Source: Macrostomum lignano (taxonomy: Eukaryota). From it: a DNA stretch of 64,000 bases. Within the stretch, counting starts at the first letter, position 1, and the number at the start of each line of letters is the position of its first letter. The stretch lies in the NCBI GenBank assembly GCA_002269645.1, contig NIVC01001238.1, positions 124,001-188,000 on the forward strand, given 5' to 3'. The position numbers were made by a program, and so were the translations under genes. The notes under the pieces were generated by a model, which was given only the letters and a program-made list of their open reading frames with translations, searched no databases and had not been told where the DNA came from. Below, one piece after another: positions 28,074 through 37,629 of the stretch.

Positions 28074-28239
28074 AGACTCGTAAGCGTTCATGAATTTCAT
28101 TCTTATTAGAGCCATTCTCCCCCTTCACTGAATTAATTTTATATGTCGGCGTGAAATAAAAAAAGCACAAAGATCGATTTATTTTTAACCCCCTCTCTCT
28201 TTCCTCCCTCCACACTCTCTGTGTACATTGTCGGCTGAT

Positions 28240-29010
28240 TTTCCATGCAAGAATGGCATTCTTGCACTCTTTTGCGTGCAGGAATGGATGTCTATGGTAA
28301 AATCTCACTGAAAAAGCATTAGGCGCAGAAATGCATTCCTGCACGGTTTTGTGCATTCCTGCACGATGAATCATCCGACAATGGAATTCCTTCACGTTCA
28401 CTCGTGCGTGAAGGACATCGTGCACTCGTGCGCTAGCGCGCACTCGTGCAGATGTCATTCCCGCACTCGTGACCGTGCAGGAATATATCAGTGTTGTCGG
28501 ATTCAGCGCGCAGGAATGTCGTTCCCGCACTCGTTCGCGTGCCGGAATGCAACTGTCTATGGGAAAAACGCCATTGAAATCAAGCAGAAAATCAGTGCAG
28601 GAATGATGTGCGATTCTTGCACTACGAGTATAAAGGAAACGGAACATTAATTATATAGTATATTTTGTTCATTTAAATTTACTTTGGTTAACTTTGGTTT
28701 AAGTGTCTATGGTCTCGTATTACTGCGTCCCCTTGACCCCTGCTTCCTATCACTCTTACTGTGTGCAAGAATGAATCCAACAACACTGCAATTTCCGCAC
28801 TCTAACAAGTGCGTCAATGGCAAAAGCACGAGTGCGCGTAGAATATACCATTCTCTCTCCTCCCCATACATTTGCGTACAATTTTAAATAAATTGTTTGC
28901 GTGCAGGAACGGAGAGTGTCATTCCTGTACGATGTCCATGTGTAAAACAGTGGAGATTTGGCCATAGATTATTTAATTCCTGCACGACTGCCTTCATTCC
29001 CGCACGCTGG
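28240..29010. repeat. Cluster of ~16 CATTCCTGCACG/CGTGCAGGAATG-like motifs in both orientations
   Basis: Exact or degenerate copies at ~28245, 28275, 28334, 28355, 28458, 28473, 28508, 28594, 28612, 28763, 28900, 28920, 28976, 28996; not tandem. Confidence 0.7.
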
Positions 29011-29766
29011 GTCAAATAAGAATGTTCAGACTAGCTCGCGCATATTTTGTCTATGGTTCAAGTCTAACTCCACACCCCAGCTCCACCCTTGTCTACTTTA
29101 GCCACACATGTTGGATCAAATAAGAATGGGAATCAAGCACTTTGACGTCAGCGTGCTAGATTCCTCCATTCTACAAGCTCCTGAAAAGCGGCGAGAGATT
29201 AGAAAAAAATTTCCGCCACCGGTGCTTGCGTGAACAATAAGAGCAAGCTCTGTTTTTATCCAATCGCCTTCCGGTCCGCCTTTGCCATAGTAACAAAGGG
29301 ACCGAAAGCATCTCCCTAAACCCATGTGATGCGAGCGGGTAACACAAGTTGCTGCGAATCAGCTTGGAACGGCACAAAAAATCAATAGGCTTTTTCTCTT
29401 CCCATCCTGTTTCACGCTGCCAATGCTGAGGGAAACGCGACGAAGCAGCCTCTTCTGCCCCTGGCGCAGAGAGGGCTCATCTCAGAACTCCATAAATTCC
29501 AAATCTACTAGCTCTTGCTCTAGAAGCAAAACTTTTTACGATTCCTCTACCACTTTTCGACAGAAGACAAAAGCACAAATACTTTTCCACTGGATAGTGT
29601 CTTAATCTGCTGGCTCTGGTTTCACTAATTGGATCATTTGCTCTCAATTGTAAGTTGCTGATCGGACTCAAACCTGACATTTTCCATATTTCATTAGACT
29701 TACAGCGAGTACATACTCAGTAATACGACAGAAAACTGATTTCCTGTCACCAGACGGCCAATTGAA

Positions 29767-30528
29767 ATGCTGCTATTGCTGCTACTGCTGACGCTGAGTA
29801 TCGTGGTAAAAAGTGAACCAACTTGCGACTCTCCGAAAGCGACTTTCCACCCGATCTCTGGCGCTGACTGCGTGACGTCCAGCTTCACCCACACCGTGTG
29901 GGGCTCGTGCGATCCGCAGTCCTGCAGCCTGCACTGCGCCAAGATGCCGAACTGCCGGGCCTTCTCGCTGCCGGATGGCGACTGCCTCTGCAAGCTGTTC
30001 CTGTTCGACAAGTGCAGCCACCGAGTGCAGTCAGTGGCCAACTGCACTCACCGAGTAACCGTGTACGTGAGATCGCTACCTGGAGTAGCTCCGGGTCGCC
30101 TGTGCCCACCCGGATACGAGCACTCTCAGTTCGGATCCTCATACAAGGTGTCGGCCTCACGTGCGACCAACTGGGCTGACGCTCTCTCCTGGTGCGGACA
30201 GGAGGCCGGACTGTCGAAGTTCGCGGACGCTCTGGACTCGGACGAGTCACGTCACCTGATGTGGATCAAGAACGTGTCGAACATTCCTGTAGAGAGTTTG
30301 TACCTGGGTGGCCACCAGATTCTGGGCTCTGCGGACAAGACGGAAGGCTGGATCTGGGACGCCTGCAACGAGAGCATCCGGGCCGATGTCTGGGAGCTGG
30401 GGAGGCCGAACAACGGATTGCCCAGTGAGGGCTGCGCGGGTGTCTACACTGGTCACAAGCTCGGCGTTGATGATGCCGGATGCTCTAAAAGCTGGAAGTA
30501 CATCTGCGAGTGCCTGTCCGTGTTCTAA
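29767..30528 (+). CDS. Secreted PAN/apple-like + C-type lectin domain protein (single exon, 253 aa)
   Basis: Leu-rich signal peptide; C-x3-C-x5-C-x-x-F PAN-like pattern (CSLHCAKMPNCRAF); CTLD features CP.GY, W..A..WC, LYLGG, WIW, W..GRPNN..SEGC, DDAGC....YICE. Confidence 0.85.
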   Translation: MLLLLLLLTLSIVVKSEPTCDSPKATFHPISGADCVTSSFTHTVWGSCDPQSCSLHCAKMPNCRAFSLPDGDCLCKLFLFDKCSHRVQSVANCTHRVTVYVRSLPGVAPGRLCPPGYEHSQFGSSYKVSASRATNWADALSWCGQEAGLSKFADALDSDESRHLMWIKNVSNIPVESLYLGGHQILGSADKTEGWIWDACNESIRADVWELGRPNNGLPSEGCAGVYTGHKLGVDDAGCSKSWKYICECLSVF

Positions 30529-30879
30529 CTTACATGTTCGTAGCGCAGAAGCTTGAATGCTGTCGCATGGGACCAATGAAAATTTGAAGATACGAGCTAC
30601 CTTGACATTCTCTATAAGTAAACAAAATTTAGAGTCAACCAACGCAGCCCAACTGTTGCATGTTTTGTGTTTGTGATCAAATCAACCAACCTCTCTTGCT
30701 ATCCTAAGTGGAATGCCAACGCAAACTGCCTTTATATCCTGTAAGGAAGCTGTTTGACTTTGGTCCGTCTCTCTGTGTCAACCAGACCCTATAGCTTAAC
30801 ATCTGGAATACACACTCAAACACCAAATACCTTTTTAATTGGCAAATTTCAATGCCATAAGCATGTTTTATCTAACACC

Positions 30880-33800
30880 TGTTATGTTCTTGGCCTTAAG
30901 CCACAGTAATCGGTGCTAGGCCGAGAATGAGTTAATATATTTGGTCGCTTGTTTGGGGTCGACATATAAACGGGGGCAGATGGTTTCGCACATAGACGAA
31001 TATTCGCATACCCACACAACATCTCCCCTTTTAAGCAAAACAGTTTTACAGTTCTTTCTTCCTCATCTCCCCTTTTAAGCGTTAACTGGTTCACCCAACT
31101 TCCTGTATGCAACTTGGGTGCCGGGACTCCCTTGTTCGACCGTTGACTTTGCCTTGGCTGTGCGGTCTTTGGCTTGTCCGGGGCGTCTTGTGCTTCACCT
31201 TCCTTCTGAGATGCACCAGTAGTAGAGAGCTGTTCCTGTGGTAGACTTCGGCGGATGTACACACGATTGCGACGGAAAATTCGGCCGCTTCCTAACTTGA
31301 CCATGTAGTCCTGGTGCCGACCAACTTCTACTACGACGCCCTTCTTGTCCCAAAGCTTTGTGACAGGGTTTTGAAGAACAACGTGACTGCCGACTCGGAG
31401 AGGTTCCAGTTGTCGCTTCGAGGCATTGTAGTGTTGATGAACTTTAGCGGGAATTTCTGCAGCTTTTTCCTCCATTTTCCAGACCTTGTCCTTCCATTCC
31501 TTGCAAAACTTTTCCTATGCGCGGGCAGCGTGTCTCTGACTGTGTGTCCATAGACCGTTACAGATGGAATTCTGCCATCGTACATGGGGGTGTTTCGCAG
31601 CTGCAGCAAACCCTGAGCCATCTTGTCTTTGTCCAAGTCATTCAAGCGACTGCCCCATGCTCCTCGAACGATCTTCTTTATACTTTTCACGGCAGCTTCT
31701 GCTCTTCCATTGCTTTGATGGTAATACGGAGATGAGTATTTGATGTTCACACCCCAGCGACGTAGAAAATTAACGAACGGCTGTGCTTTAAATTGTGGCC
31801 CACAGTCTGCACAGAATTTCTCCGGTACAGCTGTTTGGCAAAAGAATTCGCGGCAAGCGTTTATCAGCTTGTACATGGGTGCTCGATCACCGAAATGACA
31901 GAACGCTGGCCAGCCTGAGTATGCATCCACGAGCACAAGGAACTTCTTGCCGGCATGCTCGCAGAAATCTGCATGTATGTGTTGAAAACATCGATCCGGT
32001 TGGTCCTGGGTTGTCATCGGCTCCCTGATCTGCGATGGTAGATGTTCCCGACAGGACTGACACTGCTTGACTGTATTTTCAATGTCCCGATCGATGCCAG
32101 GCCAGTAGACGACCATCCTTGCTCTCTGCTTTGTCTTGTACAGACCTTGGTGACTTGCGTGTAAGTCCGTCAAAATCTGTTTCCTCATTGCATGTGGTAT
32201 GACGCAACGACATCCGCATAGAATGATGCCATCGTCGACTGAGAGCTTGTCTCTTACATGCCAAAATGACCGAATGCAAAGAGGTAAGTTTGCCTTGTCA
32301 TTGGGAAAGCCATCCCGAATATATTGCATCAGGTCTTGCAACTCCTGATCAGAAGCTGTGCTTTGTCGCACGCTTTGCAGAATAGGATCCAGCTCTGCTG
32401 ATTCGAGGTGCATTAAGAGCTGATTGGTAAGTTGAAAATCTGCAGACTCGCCCAGTTCATCCTGTGCAGTCGGATTGTCCACTGGTGCTCGCGACAGAGC
32501 GTCTGCGTCGGCATTGTCCTTGCCTTTTACCCATCGCGCCTTGTATAGGTAGCGGTTCAGTTTCGCTCGAAGACGCTGAATTCTAGGATTTTCTATTTGA
32601 TCCAGCTGGTAACTGTTCAGGATTGGTATCAGCGGCTTGTGGTCGGTTACAATTTCAAACTCATGAAGGCCCTCAAGGAAGAGTCTGCACTTCTGAGTCG
32701 CCCAGACCACAGCTAACAGTTCCAACTCGATCATGGCATAGCGTGACTCGGTCTCTGAAATGAATCTCGAGCCAGCTTGAACCACACGCCAGCTTCCATC
32801 GGTCTGCTGCTGTTTGAGCAAGAATCCGATTCCCTTAAGTCGAGATGCATCCGTGTGCAGGGCTGTTGGCTTGCGTTGGTCATAATAGGCCAGTGTAGGA
32901 GCAATTGCCAGGCGGCGACGGGCTTCTTCAAATGCCGTTTGATGTTCGTCTCCCCATTGAAATAAATTCTTCTCGGACAGCAGCGGCCTTAACGAGGCTG
33001 TGACTTCTGCTATGTCTGACGTAAACGTGCCGACTTGGTTGACTAGGCCAAAGAACGCGCGTAGGTCGGTAATATTGTTTGGAGTGGGAAATTTTCTGAC
33101 CGCTTTCATAAGCTCCGGATCAATGCTGTAGCCATCAGCTGATAATCGAAATCCGGCAAAATCAATTTGAGTCTTGCAAAATGCAAACTTCTTTTTATTT
33201 AATGCTACCCCATTGTCTTGACAGCGCTGCAGAAACTGACGAACCGCTTGTACATGTGATTCCTCGTCAGAAGTTGCGACCAGACAGTCATCAACGACAT
33301 GCCGAACTTCCTTGAGTCCTTGAAAAGTGTCGTCAAGTCTCTGGTTGTAATATTCAGAAATAGAGCTTATACCAAATGGTGCCATCCTAAACATGTAACG
33401 ACCGAACGGCGTGATGAACGTTGTCAGGTGCATACTTTCTTTAGCCAGCGGTATTTGGTGGTATCCTTTCAAGGCGTCAACTACAGAGAAATACTTGGCG
33501 CGACTAGCATCTGTGCTTGCAACGACTTCCAATGGCATCTGAGACTGGTACCTTGGTCGAATAACATATTTGTTTAATTCCCGTAAGTCGACGCACATCC
33601 GTATCCCATTGTCTTTCTTTGGCGCCACCACTATCGGTGCACACCACTGCGTAGGAGCAGTGACTTTGCAGATTATTTCCTGAGCTTCCAACGAGTCCAG
33701 CTCAGCTTTAAGTCGCTCGTACAATGGGAACGGTATCCTCCTTGGTGTCTTAATGGAGAAAGGTTGAGCGTCTTCACGAAGCTTGATCGAAAATGCTTCA

Positions 33801-35387
33801 CCCTTCATTGGTCTTACTATCCCATCGAATACAGCCGGGAATTCGCTGATTAGGTCTTCTGCTGTAGCAGTTCTTGTGGCGATCGAGTTGATTTGTTGTC
33901 GAGGAAAATACCTGGGAATTATTCCCAAATCAACACATGCTCTCCATGACAAGACCGGTACCGTCAGGCGATCAAGAACGTAAATGTCTGTTGTGATCTT
34001 GGTCTCACCGATCGAGATGGAGTCGCGAAACTTTCCTATTACTTTCATGTACTGTCCATTCGCGGCTGTTGGACCATCAGCGGCTTCTAAAATTCGTGGC
34101 CTCTTTGCCAGCTTTTGCATGTCTTCTACTCTGATAGCGGTTATATTTGAGCCAGTGTCGGGCATCATTGTTAGTGTGAACCCTCCGATTTGTACATTCA
34201 CTACGGGACAATCAGGTTGCCGCATGGCTATTAGAGATTGAATGTTTCCTTTTCGCGACGATTCACTGGGTTTTTTGCTTAGTGTATTTTTCGAGCGGCA
34301 CACTCTATCGAAGTGCCCTTTTTTTCCACAGCGACGACACGTTTTGTCTCTGGCCGGACATGTCTCACCCGAGTGCTTTTGCTTACCGCAGTAGCCACAC
34401 GATTGACTTTTGCTCGTCTGGGGTTGTCCTTTTAGGAATCCCGGGTGCTTAGTCGTCCTGTACGCAGATATTTTTAGCGCATTCAGGCTCGCTGACTTGC
34501 AAATTTCGTCCCGCTGTTTTACGCATGCTTCTTCAGATTGGCAAATTGTAATTGCCTCGGAGAGACTGAGTTTCGGCTGGGCCAGCAGGCGTTTTACCGT
34601 ATCTGGATCTCTGATTCCCAGGACGATTTTGTCCCGTAATAAATCGTCTGAGTGCTTACAAAATGCACAAGTTCTCATCAGGTCTCTTAATTCCATGATG
34701 TAGTCGGAGAATGTTTCGCCGTCCTTTTGCTGACGAGTCCAGAAGCGATTTCGCTCAACAATAATGTTTACTTGCCCGATTAGATGCGCACGGAGTGTCT
34801 GGATCACCTTCTCAGGATCCCGAAATTCAGCCTCTGTGAGGGGCAGATTCTTGTACTTGTTGTACGTGGTTGCAGAGAAAGAGTTGAGGATGCAAGCCCT
34901 GCGGTTTGCTCGCTTTTGCGCGGCCACTTCATTGCTGTCGGCGTCAGACTTTTGCACTCCCATGGCTTCGAAGTATGCCTCGATGGTAGCTCTCCACGCG
35001 TCGAACTCGTCGACCGTGTCGGTGGCCAGGTCGAGGCGTGGTATCTGCAGGCCCGGCAAGTTGACTCTGCTTCCTGTGACCGCAGTACTGCTGTGCCCTC
35101 GAGATGGCGATATTGTCGGAGCCCTACTTGGAGATGGCGGTGCCATTCTAGCTGGTTCTGGACTGTCGGCAGGTTCCGTATGTCCGAATGCAGTGTAGGA
35201 TGCAACTTATGAATCAGTGCATCAAAATCGCTGCTTGCGACGCCATGTTATGTTCTTGGCCTTAAGCCACAGTAATCGGTGCTAGGCCGAGAATGAGTTA
35301 ATATATTTGGTCGCTTGTTTGGGGTCGACATATAAACGGGGGCATATGGTTTCGCACATAGATGAATATTCGCATACGCACACAACA
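30880..35387 (-). mobile_element. Full-length Ty3/Gypsy LTR retrotransposon (Mag-like), 4508 bp
   Basis: 142-bp LTRs TG..CA at 30880-31021 and 35246-35387 with 3 differences; 5-bp TSD ACACC (30875-79, 35388-92); PBS TGGCGTCGCAAGCA (35245-35232); PPT AAAAGGGGAGA next to the 3' LTR. Confidence 0.97.
31331..35146 (-). CDS. Gag-Pol polyprotein in a single ORF (1271 aa); integrase C-terminus continues after a frameshift (to ~31100)
   Basis: Twin CCHC knuckles, protease DTG, RT LKGYHQIPL..VVDD, RNase H TDAS..ELELLA, integrase HHCC zinc finger, HADF, D.GPQF, SNGRAE. Confidence 0.95.
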   Translation of the reverse strand: MAPPSPSRAPTISPSRGHSSTAVTGSRVNLPGLQIPRLDLATDTVDEFDAWRATIEAYFEAMGVQKSDADSNEVAAQKRANRRACILNSFSATTYNKYKNLPLTEAEFRDPEKVIQTLRAHLIGQVNIIVERNRFWTRQQKDGETFSDYIMELRDLMRTCAFCKHSDDLLRDKIVLGIRDPDTVKRLLAQPKLSLSEAITICQSEEACVKQRDEICKSASLNALKISAYRTTKHPGFLKGQPQTSKSQSCGYCGKQKHSGETCPARDKTCRRCGKKGHFDRVCRSKNTLSKKPSESSRKGNIQSLIAMRQPDCPVVNVQIGGFTLTMMPDTGSNITAIRVEDMQKLAKRPRILEAADGPTAANGQYMKVIGKFRDSISIGETKITTDIYVLDRLTVPVLSWRACVDLGIIPRYFPRQQINSIATRTATAEDLISEFPAVFDGIVRPMKGEAFSIKLREDAQPFSIKTPRRIPFPLYERLKAELDSLEAQEIICKVTAPTQWCAPIVVAPKKDNGIRMCVDLRELNKYVIRPRYQSQMPLEVVASTDASRAKYFSVVDALKGYHQIPLAKESMHLTTFITPFGRYMFRMAPFGISSISEYYNQRLDDTFQGLKEVRHVVDDCLVATSDEESHVQAVRQFLQRCQDNGVALNKKKFAFCKTQIDFAGFRLSADGYSIDPELMKAVRKFPTPNNITDLRAFFGLVNQVGTFTSDIAEVTASLRPLLSEKNLFQWGDEHQTAFEEARRRLAIAPTLAYYDQRKPTALHTDASRLKGIGFLLKQQQTDGSWRVVQAGSRFISETESRYAMIELELLAVVWATQKCRLFLEGLHEFEIVTDHKPLIPILNSYQLDQIENPRIQRLRAKLNRYLYKARWVKGKDNADADALSRAPVDNPTAQDELGESADFQLTNQLLMHLESAELDPILQSVRQSTASDQELQDLMQYIRDGFPNDKANLPLCIRSFWHVRDKLSVDDGIILCGCRCVIPHAMRKQILTDLHASHQGLYKTKQRARMVVYWPGIDRDIENTVKQCQSCREHLPSQIREPMTTQDQPDRCFQHIHADFCEHAGKKFLVLVDAYSGWPAFCHFGDRAPMYKLINACREFFCQTAVPEKFCADCGPQFKAQPFVNFLRRWGVNIKYSSPYYHQSNGRAEAAVKSIKKIVRGAWGSRLNDLDKDKMAQGLLQLRNTPMYDGRIPSVTVYGHTVRDTLPAHRKSFARNGRTRSGKWRKKLQKFPLKFINTTMPRSDNWNLSESAVTLFFKTLSQSFGTRRAS

Positions 35388-35781
35388 ACACCAACATGCG
35401 TGCAATAGCAATAACTTTTTACGGCTTGTTGGAACAACTGTAGTGAGCTTATGAGCCACTGACAATTGTGCGGTCTGTGATCCGAAAATGCTGGTCACAC
35501 CAACTCTCTTTTGGAACTCTCTTCTTGACTTGCCTGACTTAGCTGCAGTCCCGGAGGCACACAACGGGAAAGTGCGGACTCCCATTCCGCTAATCCCTGA
35601 TCTGCATCAGGCCATCAGATGATGCGAAATGTGCTGTAGAGCAAAACCGAGTTAAGAGAAGCAGAGCCGCTCTGTAACCGGTGACGCTTGCAGCCCCGTT
35701 CTACTGTGGGATGATAGACATTGTCAGCAACATGCCGAGGTGATTGTACGTGCTACAACCTAACTACTTTCATTGTCCAGA

Positions 35782-35903
35782 GGGGTTGTTGTCCAGTGGT
35801 TAGAGCCTCAGACTCACGATTGAAAGGTCGGCGTTCGATTCTTAACCCACTCGGAACAGTTTGAGTCCTTGAGCAAGACACTTAATTCTGCATTGCTTCA
35901 GTG
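35782..35903 (+). mobile_element. tRNA-headed SINE with a CORE-like domain
   Basis: A box-like tgtccagtggttagagc, B box gttcgattc, then gagtccttgagcaagacacttaa, resembling the MIR/CORE consensus as recalled. Confidence 0.65.
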
Positions 35904-36432
35904 TTGCCTGTGAGACGCTGTCGCCGAGAGCGTTGCGCCAGGGTGCCAGCAGCCCTCCTGCAAAATGATTGGCTCGCATTATTCAGGATCAAAGCTTTCG
36001 GTCTTCAATCAAAGCGGTGTCAGCTAATGAACTTTGAGCTGTCATTTTACCCAATTGTTGCTAAAACTTTGTTTTCGCATTTGTATTATAGAATCATAGA
36101 CGGCTTCTACGTCACTTAGAAAATAGAGTTGATTTTTGGCAGCCAGCTAATTAAAATCGCTCTTGCCTCGACACTGCTTACACGGAATCTAGCGCGCTTC
36201 GCTTGTACTCGTGAAAACTACTTTTCTGAATTGATTATTAAGCAAGCAAAATGGTTGAAGTCGCAATAAATTTAGCTCTAAAAGAAGCCTATTGTTGAGG
36301 ATGGAAGGCAGAGTGAATGAAGTTGGAAAACAAGAATTTCAAGAAAGGGGAGCGAGCGGCTTCTGCTTCTCAGATGGGGACAAGAGAAGTGAAACAGACG
36401 GCAATGCCAAGAGCTGGCAGCAACCTCTCTCA

Positions 36433-36944
36433 CCGAAAAGCGGTGAGAAATTTGCAATTTTCTGAGCCACCTGTGTTTGCGTGGATAATAGATGTAAACT
36501 CATGCTCCGCTTTTTCCCAATTGCCTCCCAGCCCGCCGTTGACATCGTAACAAAAGGGATCCGAGAGCATCTCCCTAAGCCCATGTGATTCGAGCGGGTA
36601 ACACAAGTTGCTCCGAATCAGCCTGGAACGGTAATGCAAATTCCAATGCTGTTTGAAGTGCGACGCAATAGCCTCTTCTTCTCCTGGCGCAGAAAGGACT
36701 CATCTCCGGGCGTATTACTCTAAAAGAGCAATAACTTTTAAGATTCCTGTACCACTTTTCAACGCGACGAAAGACTAAAACAGAAAACCGGCGTGCTTTT
36801 CCACTGGATAGTGTCCGAATCTGCTGGCTGATATAAACCTGATATTTTCCTTATTGCATTAGACTTGCAGCGACCACATTAGAGCTACTCAGTAATACGA
36901 CTAAAAACTGAATTTACTGTCACCAGACAACCACATGAAATTCT

Positions 36945-36945
<1 letters not shown>
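36433..36945 (+). pseudogene. Paralog of the lectin gene's 5' flank up to the start-codon region (matches ~29183-29770); CDS absent
   Basis: Shared blocks aaaggga..agcatctccctaa.cccatgtgat.cgagcgggtaacacaagttgct and tactcagtaatacga..aaaactga.tt..ctgtcaccagac; ends at a LINE tail. Confidence 0.75.
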
Positions 36946-36977
<32 letters not shown>

Positions 36978-37370
36978 ACTCCGACCTGCGGCCGTCCGCG
37001 GGAGGCCGCGTCGGGGCCGCTCTGCCACCAGGATCGTCGATAGGCGGTTCTTGGCGGCCCACCCTGCGCAGGTAGTCACAGAAGAGGCTGCCCTCGCCCC
37101 CCAGCACGGTATTCCAATCAACGCTGATGCCACCCCAGGTGCGGATGCGAGCCTGGTGGTAGCCTGGGCAGGTAAGGAGCAAATGCTCGACCGAGTCCGA
37201 CTCTCCACAGGTAATGCAGCGGTCGTCAGTGGTGAGGCCGAATCGGTGGAGCGTGTCGCGCGTGAGCGGAGATTTGCGCGTTCTCAGCTGGCAAAGGGTG
37301 ACCTGGCTTCATCTCGGGAGATCATCGTGGCCAGGCGTCAGGCTCGGAGACCGCTCAGAAAACCGCTCAG
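36945..37370 (-). mobile_element. 3' fragment of an I/Ingi-group LINE with a (GA)n tail
   Basis: Minus strand reads CQLRTRKSPLTRDTLHRFGLTTDDRCITCGESDSVEHLLLTCPGY (C-terminal CCHC finger), stop, then (AG)n. Confidence 0.8.
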
Positions 37371-37629
37371 TAAACCGCCGTCTTCAGACTTTAAAGTGGC
37401 GTTGCAAGCCAAGCCCACTTTGGCTAGCCACTTATTGTTCAACACATCTCACTGCCACCCATGAGCATCAGCACTAGTGCGAATCAACGGAATGCCAGTA
37501 AACGCTGGAACAAATGGTCATTTTTGTGACTCCGTCGAAGCGTCAGGCATCGCAAGCTTCTGGCCTACACGGTCTAGCAGAGAAATCGCGAAAATCATAA
37601 AGAACCTGTCAATCGATATTGAAAGACAG

